Origin: Intoshia linei
Lineage: Eukaryota; Animalia; Orthonectida
Reading direction: 5' to 3'
DNA: 64,000 nucleotides
NCBI GenBank assembly: GCA_001642005.1
Contig: LWCA01000062.1
Span: 1,413-65,412 of the forward strand
The position numbers and the translations under genes are program-made. The notes beneath the pieces are model-generated. The model saw only the letters and a list, made by a program, of their open reading frames with translations. It had not been told where the DNA came from and searched no databases. This document shows positions 37,676 to 49,791 of the stretch, piece after piece (within the stretch, counting starts at the first letter, position 1; every line of letters starts with the position of its first letter).

Positions 37676-40600
37676 ATGGATAGAAACGTTTTTGTAATAT
37701 CAAAGGCATGGTCTGTACAGACAACCAAAGGAGTAATGGCTAATTCCTCAACTAGGGATATGTAATCGAGAAATGTTTAATTCTATATCAATCGTATTTT
37801 AGGTTTCAAGACAAACTGCAAATGACACATTTGCCGGATATGTTATTCGATTGCAACTCTTTAACTTTAAAACACGTTTCTGGATGTACACTATCTTTTA
37901 ATGTTATGGATGCTCTAAGTTTAGTTCCTGATACGATAGAACATAAAGTAGCTGTTGCTAATAAATGGAAAACGTATTTCAATAATAACAATATTTTATA
38001 TTAGTATAGACTTGAAGAAATTAAAAATGTTTCATTATCTAATACAGTAAATTATGATTGGACATTTTCTTCTAAATTTAATGGAACTTTACTGAATGGC
38101 GAAATTCATCAATTTGAGGTTTTTTTAAAATGGAATATACGACAGGGGTGTCAAAAATGTACACTAAAATAGAATTCAATATTCGCCTTAAATTAAGGTT
38201 TAATTAGTAGCGCGAAATACTTTGAAACTTTTGTACTCCTGCAGGGTGGCGCTGAAAAACAAGTTTTGCAACGACTGCTATAATTTATAATTGTAGAAAT
38301 CTACATTGTAAATTTTCTTGTTTTTAGATATCGAAACACCCTGAAGAGTTAAATATGAAATTACTGAGTAGTAAAGACAATATACTTTTTTACGATGAAT
38401 TAACACTCTACGAAGACGAATTGGCTGATAATGGTGTGTCGAAAATGGATGTTAGAATAGTGATATTATTAATATTTTAAAATTAATGTATTTAATAGAG
38501 GGTAATGCCAACATTTGCCTTCATTTTGTTAAGACACTACTTAAGAGTCGATGGTGTGGTTGCTGCTATTGCCGATAATCGCTTTATAATACAGGTTTAT
38601 ATAATGAAATTCACGTTACTAACATATTCAATTTTAATATTATATTTCATAATTGAACTTAATTATAATTAATCTAATTTAATTGTACTAACAAAATCAT
38701 AATTATAAAAAATATTGTGATGTATCAATATTTTATAATTGCATAATGAAACAAGCAATGGTGGATATCACGAAATATTTAAAATTTTTATTATTGGAAA
38801 TGTGTATGGATTGTAATTCTCTAATTCTATCTGATTCTAATGGTCTGAACACGAACTTTGGAGTTGGTACTACGTGATAATATTAAAAAAAATTTATTTC
38901 TAAGTTTTTAAATGTTTTTACTTCTGCTGGGATGCCAGTGGCTTAAAGTAACTAAAAAAGTTATTATACTAGGGAATATTAACCACTGCGTTAGGGTAAT
39001 TTACAACATCCAGGTCAAACTGTATAGTGTTTAATGAAAAAAGTTAAAATGAAAAATAATATGCTCGTTTTATTCTGTATGAATTTTTTTCACCCGATTT
39101 TTATAAAAAGTGTTGAAAACACATGTTTTTCTTAAGATTCTTATTAATTGAATACAGTGGTTCCTTATTAGGTTTCAATTTTTTTATATGCGTAGTAGGA
39201 TAACTGTTATGTACTTTGTACAAACAGGACTTAGCTCTGCAGAGGGCTCACTTTTTTAATTATATCAAAAAATAAATTAAAAATTATTTTTTATATGTTA
39301 TGCGTTAATTTCTGGGGTTGAAATTTGTATCCATATCAACTGGAATAAGCTGTATCAGATTAATCTTTTTTTAATATTAAGACTATTCATAATTTGAAAT
39401 TTTTTGTGTTTTTATAAAATAGTTTCGAAATAAAAAAAATTAATACTAAAGTGCATTTTTGACCATGAAGGCGTCACTGTGTTAAGTTGAAATTTTGAGT
39501 GTGTTTATTTTATGTATATATTTTTTTTAAATTTTAGGACTATTTTAATTTTTTTAAAAAGCGGTAATCTGGTGTTTTGATTGTGAAAATTAACTTTTAT
39601 GGTTTTGCAATTTGATAATATTTATGATTTTAAAACCTATCTTACAATTTATCCTAACTTATATAAAGGCTACGCGATTTTGATTTGTGTGTGTGTTCCA
39701 CTTTATTGAAATAACTACCACTCTTAGAATTTTTTAAAGACGACATTTCAATTACAGTTTTTTCCGCGATGCATAATAAGATAAATTTCGACCCCCCAAA
39801 TTTCACATCTTACGGGTTAAAAATCCCTGTTTGAAAATCAAACGAGTTGGAGAATTAAAAAATATATACGCTGATGCGGATTTTAAAATCATAAACATTA
39901 TGATAAGTTTAACAAAATTATATCTTCAGGGCTAAAACCCCAAATTCTCCTTCTTTTTTTAATGAAAACAGCCCTAGAATTTCAAAAAATTTACAGGTGG
40001 TACAGTTGTATCCTGTTAACACACATAAAAAATTTCAATCCAAATAAGTGACGACTTCACAGTCAAAAAAGCATTTTAGTATTAATATATTTTTTTGTCC
40101 GAAATATTTTATTAAAACAAAAAATATGAAATAATTAATGGTCTGAAATTTAAAAAAAATTAATCTGATAGACCTTATTCCAGTTGATATAAATACAAAA
40201 TTTTAACCTCAGCGATTTACAGATTTTCGGTGAAAAATAATTTTGAATGCAATTGTTAATAAACCAAAATTAAGACGGAATAATTCACTTTAAAGTAAAA
40301 AGTAATGTAATATGATGGTTCTACCTGAAACAAATTTGGGAACCACTCCTTTATTTATTGTAAATGGGTTCACAACTAAAACGTTAATCAACCCTTCCAA
40401 ATGTATATAATTGTGATATAATTTTAGAAAAACGACGATTACATTCTTAGAGAATATTCCTATAGAAAGTTAGATTTTGCGTCAATATCGGTAATTTTAC
40501 TAAATTTGTTGAGCAACGATAATTTTGGTGATTTAATGAGCTTACTTTTATTTACTCTGACTCAAATATACACCAACTCTAGGCTGACAATTTGAATTGT

Positions 40601-40977
40601 TACAAATGGTCAATAATAATCCATTAAATTAAATTATAAATCTGACGTATATACCAGGGTTCCCACACTTTTTTCATGCCTTTGGACCTGCTTCATATTA
40701 CAAAATTTATAGCGGAACATTAAAAAAATTTTGATAAAAAACAATAAATTGACTTTTAATTAGAAATTTTTTTCAATACTGTTGCGGACCGGCATTTGGG
40801 AAACGCTGGTCTAATTATATTCTAATAATACTATTATAATGCGCATTTTCAGAAACCCTTAATATATTCATTTAGCTTCCCATTTCAACTATAAAAAATG
40901 CAACCATTCTATACCAAAAACTTGAACCAACGAATGTCAATATTGAAAAATTAAAAATTAAAGAAAATATAAATTAA
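37676..40977 (+). CDS. TIPRL: TIP41-like protein (PP2A regulator)
   Basis: LPDMLFDCNSLTLKH..G..LSFNVMDAL, KYDWTFSSKFNGTL, ILFYDELTLYEDELADNGVSKMDVRI/RVMPTFAFILLRHYLRVDGV, YILREYS. Confidence 0.93.
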
Positions 40978-41038
40978 AATGTGTATTAAATATTGAACTA
41001 AATTTAAATACGAGGCATGAAAAATATATTTAATTACA

Positions 41039-42477
41039 TTAATGGTGACGATGTCGTCGTTTGGATTTGGAATGTGTATGTTTAATATTTTCGCTATGTC
41101 GTTTTGAATGATGAGTTTTTGATTTGCTAGATTTTTTATCTTTATTTGCACGGTGTCGTTTGGAGTCTTTAGAATATCTAGATGATTTACGTTTTATTTT
41201 TTCATGATTAGTTGAATTGTTTTGAAGATTTTCTGGACTATCTTTTAATTTGCTAAGTTCTGTGGTAGCTGTCTCATCTGTCGGTTCTGGTATTTTAGGT
41301 GAACTAATGTTTTCTGCTGAAGAATCTGAATCGGTGTAATCTGCACCTATAAAGATATACAAATGTAAAATAGTAAACATACATAAAATTTTGGATTTTG
41401 AAAGCTTTTTTACTAAAATAATGTTAATTACTCATTAAAAAATTTGTACATTTTCTTTCGCTAATACACTGCGTGGCAAGAATTTTTAATTCGTCCTCCG
41501 TAACGTCAATTAATATTTTTGTTAGAGCCCCAATCTAATTATACACTACATGATATATTGAGAAAGTTTTACTTTAAATTGTTCCACCTGTGAATCAGTT
41601 AAATTTACGCTGCAATCCAAAACGTTGGACTGCTCCTTTAAAAATATATATGTAAAAATCAATATACAACCTCATCAGAAATTGATACTACACTTTCATC
41701 GCTCACATCCGACACCTTTTCAATGTTTTCAGAATTGTTTAATTCCTCATCGGTTATACTTGTTTCCATTTTTTTACGTTCCATTACTGCCAGTCCGTCC
41801 CTAATCCAAGCTGGTAACTTTTTAACTTTATTTATTGATTTTTCGACAAGTAATTCTTTAAAATTATATATAAACAAATCACTAAACCAAAAATTTTCTT
41901 CCCATATGTTGATATATAAACACTGAAAGTGAAGAATTACCTTCTGTAATCGAACCAATATTCTGACTATTGTTAACACAAACCTGTTGATTCTCATAAT
42001 GACTTACACCTATTGGCATTCCATAAACAGCAGGGTCCTGGTATGCATTTACGGGTTTCTGATACATGTAAGGATAAAGCGGAGGTTGTATGAAGGGTTG
42101 ATTGGCAGCTGCATTGGATGAGTGATTATTTCGATAATTAGGCGTTAACTGGAATTCTGCCGGGTAATTTTGAAATACTGATAGATCTCTTAGCTCCGGT
42201 CTCGTGTAAATGTTTGGCGTGTTGGGTAAGTAGTTGGACATGGGTACGTTTTGTTGTATGACACTAGGTCGATTTTGACTGTGGTTATATTGGTACACGT
42301 TTAAATTTGACTCTTGTTGCGAATTGCTAATCTCTTTGTAATTGTAAACATCCGAATTTACGTTTCGATTTTCAGGATGCATGAATTGAAATTCCAATAA
42401 AATTAGTTGTTTTGCTATGGCAATGCTAAGACATTAAAAATATTTATTTTTATTTTGTTGTCATACATATTGTTCAT
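41039..42477 (-). CDS. PNISR: PNN-interacting serine/arginine-rich protein (start exon tentative)
   Basis: KKLPAWIRDGLAVMERKK and LTKILIDVTEDELKILA match the PNISR domain. P/Q/Y-rich N-terminus and K/R/S/H-rich tail. Confidence 0.82.
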
Positions 42478-42500
42478 TATCGCGTCTGTTTTAATTTAAA

Positions 42501-45500
42501 ATGTCTAAAGATTTTTTCATGAGATATTATGTCGGGCATCGAGGAAAATTCGGTCATGAATTTTTGGAGTTTGAAATCAAAGGCGATGGTATTTTTTTAT
42601 AAGCATGTACTATTTTTAGGAAAAATCAAGTATGCTAATAACTCAAACTACAAAAAAGAAACTCTCATTAAAAAAGAGGTTTTAATTTTAATATTATTTA
42701 CTATCGCACGAAATTTTTCAATAATATAAGAAAACCAGTGCAAATATGCAAAGTAAATGATGACCTGATGACATTTTTCTTGTATTGAAATTTATGAATA
42801 GGTTAATTTGGCAAATCTCACAAAATTTTCATTAACACGTTCTAAAAATGAACTATGTGGTGTGGACTAGGGTGTGCAATCGATGAAATTTATTTAAATT
42901 ATAAATTAGCAACCCTACTTGTGACCCATGACTGAAAAAAGCGTTGACCTGATTTATCATATAAACATTTTATTAGGCTTATATAAGTCAATCAACTATT
43001 GATGAAATTATTCGAATTATCAAAGAATCACAAATAGTTGAAGAGAATGATGAAGTTTGGCCAGAAGGAAATAGAATCGGAACCCAAGTATATTTTAATT
43101 TACTTACCATTTTAAAGTGATTTATATTCACATTTAGGAATTAGAAATTAAACTAGGAAACGATCACATTTCATTTAGTACCTGTAAAATAGGTATTTTT
43201 GCTATTTTCAGTAATTTAATTTTTTTAGCCAAAATATCTGATACCGACAAGTGCAAGTAATTTTTCTTTTAAAGTATTATTATATTCTATACCAGAAGGG
43301 AGGATTTACTGTCTGAAGGCCGCACTAGCGTACCAAAAAAATTTAAATTTAATACAGCCGTACTTCTCATGGGGTGACTAATTTTATTGGGTGGTGAATA
43401 TAAAAATTTTACCAATCTTTAAGGAAAAAATCCCTCTATGTGATCCCAAAAGAAAAAACATTTTACCAACCTTTAATAAAAAAATCGCTTTTGCTAATAT
43501 TTTTCTGAAAGATCTCATTTTACCAAAAATTAATTTTTTAAAAATAATATAATAAATTTAAATGAAGAATAATTCAAATTGTTCAGAAGTCCGCATGCGG
43601 CCTTAATGTCACACTTTCCCCACTTCTGTTCTAGTCTATTTCATCTTTATGTCTATTATATATCAGTATGTTACAATATAAGAAGTGGTTTTTAAACATA
43701 AAACACTACGGACCGCTATTTTTCTTAAACCCTCATAACTTAATGGACTAAAGTTTTTATATATAATTAAAAAATTATCAATACTAATTCAATGTAATTT
43801 AATGGTCAATTCATGAAAATAAACTGAATTTTTCATAACTGAATCAGGGTCGTGAAAATCCAGCAGTAGAATTGGGACAGATGAAAATTGTAGGACCCAT
43901 ATAAATTTTTTTTAATGAAACATCTTTAGATTATTTAATCAATTGTTTATTGTCTAAAAATTAAAAATAGCATTGTTCATTATAAAATTTTCCCACATTA
44001 CATATTAGCAAATTAAAATTGTGGCTCCTAGTTCTCTTCTCCACGGTCTGAGCTGAATATACTATTCTCAAGACCACCACAAAGTAAAAAATAGGCGGCT
44101 AAAAACTATTGCTAATGAAAAAGTGATACGTAGTATAATAATAACCGAGCTACTTTTCCACGGCTTTGACTTACACTTTAAATTTGATACACAAAACTGT
44201 TATAGTTAAAACTATAATTTGGAAAACGATGCCGCGATTTTACAAAAATTTTATCAAGGTACCGAAAGGGGCTTTGAGACGATAGTTTGGTTGTGCTATC
44301 TAAATTTTTAATGTTGATTTTAATTCAATTTAACATTTGGTAAATTCAAAAAATTTGCTTGATAAAATGTGTTTTTGACCGGGAAGATACAAATTTTTGA
44401 GGTTAAACTTTTTTTTCTGTATCATGAAAGAAAACAAGAAAAATGCTTTAAATTTTAATATTTATAATATTAAAATGGTTATTTTGAGTTTTTCATTGTG
44501 ACAATGCAAAAATTTGTATACTCCCTCGCAGGAATTTTGCAATTATTAGAAACTAGTCTCAGTGATACTCTAAGGGTCTGAATTTTTGATGTATTAATCA
44601 GAGAAGAAAGATCTATTGTAGGCTAAAAAAAAATAAAAAAATGGACCGAATTAATTTGTAGAAATTTACCTTTTTCATTTATATGTAGATATGAATGTCT
44701 TAACAATTTTGCAAAACAATAAATATAACTATTTATTGATCATACAATATAATTATGCATATATCAAATTTCCATTATTCATTATAACCTCGTACATTTT
44801 TGCATTAAATTATTTATGTAGCCTCATAATTATGTCTTTTTTTTTAAAAATTATTTCTGGACAATATGAGATATTTTCTGCTATACATGCATTTTCGAAT
44901 TGAAGTTTGAACCATCATCTGATTTTCCATAATTGACCATAGATTTTCTACTTGGGGTATATCAGGAGAATAAGGAAACCAACCTAATAATTTTATTGAT
45001 TTAGCAGGAAACCTTTCCCTTGTTTTTTGATCACATGAAGTCTAGCATTATTTTGTTGATAGACAAAGCCAGGAACTATGTTACTTAGTTGAGTAAATAC
45101 ATCTTCAAATAAAATTTTTTTATAAGAATCGCTATTAACAGTATGGTTCAATTTCCTAATCATAACTTTCCTTGAAGATGTTAAACAACCCCAAATCATT
45201 ACGGATCCACCTCAAATTGATCTTTTCGTAATTTTGATGGTTTGCACGACATGAGATAATCACAATCATCTAAGGAAAATATAAATTCATCCGAAAATAC
45301 GATTTTATCGATATCAACCCTATTAAAAAAGGTTGCGTACAAAATTTAGGCGGCCATTCTTGTATACATCAGTCAATGTCAGTTTTTGCAATGAACGTCG
45401 ATACTTCAAACCGCTATTATTAAGGGCCCGTAAAATAGTTACTCTTGAAGGACCACATCGCAGCACGGGCAGCAACGGATGTGGATGTAACAACCCTTCT

Positions 45501-47169
45501 AGATTTTTGTACCCCATCAGCAAACTTTTTAATTGCTTTTTAAATTATTTCTTGTTTTAAAGTTGTAATTCGCTTCGATTTAATTGATTTTTATTCATTT
45601 GAAATGTTATAACTTGTTCTAAGGGAAACATTGCAGGTTTTTGGGATATTTACCTTTTCGATTTTATCCTTCAAATCTTTTTTTATTAATTTTGTAACAA
45701 AATAATTAAAAACTTCAATTTCTACGACTTGTTTCAGATTTTTTTACCAATGAAAGATCTTGCCAAATCGTTTAATATATAAAAAATTGAAAAACATAGC
45801 ATGTAGTTTAGATTGGTTTATATCAGTGATGGCAAAGTACGTGTTTGCGTGTAAAAAATACACACTTGAAAAAATATATAAGTTGACTTCAAATAAAAAA
45901 TTCAAAGATTTATAGCCAATTTTTCAAATTGCGTGGGTCATCCTCTAGTTGGATTTCATTGCATTATACACCAAGAAGTACTAAGCTTTAAAACAGCTCT
46001 GAGTCACTTAAATATGGTTGTTATCACTGCAACCAAAATCATTAATTACATCCAAGCACGCGCCTTACACAAAAGAGAATTCACTTTGATTTTAAAGGAA
46101 ATAGAATCAAGTTGTAATGAACTGCTTATGTACAGCAATATCAAATGTTCAGTAAAGGTAAAGTTCTTGAGCGCTTTGTGGAATGCTTATCAGAAATTAA
46201 AACATCTTTAAGATATAAAGATAATTTTTAATTAGATTATAACGATTGGATTGTTAGTGTTATGTTTTTTACTGACCTTTTATTGCATTTAAATGAACTT
46301 AACCTTAAATTTCAAGGGTACGGGAAGACTTGTAATGTTTAGTATTATTATGGCATTTGACTGTAAACTATCAATATTCTATCGTGATATAGAAAATAAA
46401 GATTACAAATGTTTCCCTAAATTGAAAAAATTCATGATAGAATCAAATTTTTAAATATAAATAAATGTAAAAATTATTTTTTTAACTTATTTTTAATCAA
46501 GTTGTTCGACTTAATTGATGGTTTGGATTGACCTAATATTTTTTAAATAAAAACAGAAAAAAATTTCTGAAAATAGTATTAAATTTAACACACCTAGTTT
46601 TAGTTACTGCCATCACTGGTTTATATCAATTTTAAAATTGCTGCGAGGGAGTATACTATTAAGTAGCCGATAATAGATTAAAGATTGGAACCACTAGACT
46701 CAGAGTCTAACCTATCGTACTAGAGACCCCTCTTAGGTGGGGTCGACAACATTTTTCCAAATTGACCATTAAAAAAATTTATATTCGTTAATATCAACTA
46801 TACATGTATTTTGTGTTAACTTTAAAATGTCTAACCAACAACATTAGTGAGGTGGTTAGGGCTTATATTTGGTCGTCATCGTTTGTGAAATTTTTTTTAA
46901 GTGCCTATTATTCATTAGCAGGTGTCTTCGAACTGGGTCGACTCTGGCTAAACTAACTGTATAAGTGTCATTGTTCCATGATTTATTAATGGAATAAGTA
47001 TTGTGAAATTTGTTAGTTTTAGATAAAATTCGTAAATATAATTAATATTGAGGCATTTATTCAATTTAGAGATAAAGAAGGTCTAACAGTTTTCCACTAT
47101 TTTGTTCAAGACATGAAGGCAATGGTTTTCTCTATAATAGGACTACATTTCAAGATAAACCCTATATAG
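42501..47169 (+). CDS. MAGOH: Mago nashi, exon junction complex core (6 exons; last intron about 3.8 kb of nested TEs)
   Basis: [25 protein letters not shown]...YANNSNYK...[13 protein letters not shown]...[30 protein letters not shown], 146 aa. Confidence 0.96.
44521..46651 (-). mobile_element. Decayed Tc1/mariner-superfamily transposon in the mago intron
   Basis: TA|ctccctcgcag ... ctgcgagggag|TA. Fragments [19 protein letters not shown] and [12 protein letters not shown] with frameshifts. Confidence 0.85.
45824..46618 (+). mobile_element. hAT (Charlie/SPIN-like) deletion derivative nested in the Tc1-like element
   Basis: TIRs cagtgatggca / tgccatcactg, 8-bp TSD GTTTATAT, and transposase motif FHCIIHQE...[16 protein letters not shown]. 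Confidence 0.88.
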
Positions 47170-47234
47170 GAATATGTTTAAATATATTAAATTTTAATAC
47201 AAAATTTTAAATTTTTTTGGAGATTATCGTTGAT

Positions 47235-49791
47235 TTATTTCATTGTTCTCCATTTTGACTCGGATTCATATTTTGAACATCCAACGTTAGAACTTGAGAT
47301 ATAGGTGTTTGGTGCAGATGTGACAGATAGTTTGATTTTTTTTGGTATGCTGTTAGATTGCAAGACTGATCGATCTGAGCATATTCTTGATTTTTGTTGC
47401 CATACATCTGAGGTTGGTTTATAGGTTTGTAAATTTCTCTGTAAGATAATGATTGCGTTGTCGGATAATTTGACATCAGTCCTGTCGTCTCCATTGGATT
47501 CCTGGAAATCTTCTCGTACATTTGAGTGTTCGGGTGTTGTTCCAATAACCAATTTATCGATTCCACCGTTGTGCATGGGCTCTGCGGTATTATCGAGTTC
47601 TCCATCTCTAGGTATGGAATGGCATATTCCTCGCTGATCATTGTTTTGTTCAGATTGTTGCGATTTTGCAACAAGTAATTTAGCCGTTGTGTCAAGTTTC
47701 TGTCTAAAAATGGAAATAAAAAGGCAAATAATTATTTAGGCAAAGCAATAATAAATTTTTTTTTACTACTCTAAAAAACACACAACTTGTACACAACTTG
47801 TACCTTTGACATTTTTTTCAAGTGTTTTGATAAGGTGTATAGTGGAATCAATAATATTGAGTTTGGTGTTGGGTTTGTTGACAATATCTTCAGATTTTTC
47901 AATCATCTCTTTGAGCGTCTGAAATGATTCATTCATATCTCGCACTCGCACACTAAAAAATTATTTTTGAACAAGGACAACCCAGTCGGTAACATTAGCT
48001 ATAACGCACACCTCAAATGGAACCAGTGTCACCCTATCAAAAACAATGAGTTTAAACCCTATTTTAGCAAAGCAACTATTACAATTTTTATTGAAAGAAA
48101 CCTAAGTTGACGGTTTTTATTTTGCAAGTTTACAATTACAGTAGCGGAACTCTGCAGTATCATGAGCTTTGTCATGTTCTGGCAATTGCCGCGAAAAGGG
48201 CAGATTATTTTTCCAAGTGTGTTATAGGCTTCGTTAATATCACGGACACGTAAACTATAATGTATATAATGTTCAGACGGGGCTGACTTACCGTTCTCTC
48301 TGGTTGTTAAGTTGTCTTCGTATAATTTCCTTCTTTGTCTTATTCTCTGGGGCGTTTAACTCAGTGTCTCTACAAATAATTACATTAAGACGTGTACATT
48401 AAATTACTTTTCTGTAGTATTTACATTGACAGGGTTAAATGGAATGAGTTTATTGTATTGGGCGTCAAAGGAATTATGAGCAAAATTGTCGTTTCCTGGA
48501 AATTTTTCTCTTCTGACGTAATGAGATTTTACTTCAAAGTTTTTGTATTCGTTTAGTTTTTCTTGATTTTCAATCACAATTTGAGAATTATTAAATTGAT
48601 TTATACTGTGTATATTTTGTTGTTCTGTCAGTAAACGTAACTGTTCAGAATTATGGATAATATTTTGAGCTCCTTTATTCAAAAAATCGCCATATACACT
48701 GGATTTTTGAGTATCGTCGTTCATAGGTTTTGATTCTTCAATCTAATTTCATTTGTTAGTTTTATTAAGTATTTGTTACGTTTTTTAAAGAGTTGCTTAT
48801 CAAGTTTTCGCAGTTGGTTAATATTTTTTCGTTCCAATCTAAAAATTATTTTCAAAACAAACACAATCAACCTTCTATTTGATTGATGTCTTCATACATA
48901 TCGGAGTCGATTTGTTTGTTTGGGTGTCCAGTATTATCATTATTAATCTACGTTTATATTTACATAACACTTTATTGTTTATTAAAGTAAGCTTAATTTA
49001 AAATTTCAAAGTAATCATTACAGTCTGCAATGCTTCGATTAAATTGCCCATGTATACCATACCCATTAAAACATGTTAACTGGCAGTCATTGAATTAAAA
49101 TCAAAAGCCCAGAAAACTACCAGCCTGAAGGTGACACAAAAAGACTGAGATTAGCCACTTATGTAATTCAATGGCTAAAAATGAATTAAAAGTTTTTTCA
49201 TCTTAATAAAAATGAGAGCAATCTGGTATTGCCTATCAGTCAATTCTGACAAGGGTGCAATATAAAAACAAAAAATACACTGTCATTGGATATCTGATTA
49301 TAGTCATTCGAAAATTCGGAATTTTGAATATCATAAAGGGATACAGAATTGTCAGTGTTTTTGCTGGCTAAAAGATAATTAGACTATATTTGGAAGGAAT
49401 ACTTTGTGAAATGAGTTTATCGTTAGCCACAGCATATGTTCCCACAGAAAAATTCTGAGACTCGTTTGATGTGTAAACATTATAATTAACAGCATCACAT
49501 TTTATATCATAGTCACAATTGTAAAATGTCATATTTTTCTTTTTAATAGAATCATTAACGTCTGAAGTGGACTAAAAATTAAATTATATACTATCATCTT
49601 ACATCATCTCGTAAGTTTTCATTAGAATCTAAAAAATGAACATTTACTTTACTTTTTGGAGATGAAATGTCATATTCAGACTCTGCACGAGAATCCTGAA
49701 ATAATAAAAAATTAAACAAAAAAATTAATACTATTACACTAGATGACCACTCGTTTTCTCTTTTTGAAGTAAATTTTGTTTCAGAATCCAT
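47235..49791 (-). CDS. Class I bHLH E-protein (daughterless/TCF3/4/12-like) with two alternative HLH exons and a dual-frame last exon
   Basis: Basic exon 48292-48369 (RRQLNNQRER). HLH-A 48102-48254 ([14 protein letters not shown]...MTKLMILQ). HLH-B 47804-47952 (VRVRDMNESFQTL...NTKLNIID...LEKNVK) then DRNL. Matches E-protein [21 protein letters not shown]...TKLLIL...QVRERNL. Confidence 0.88.
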
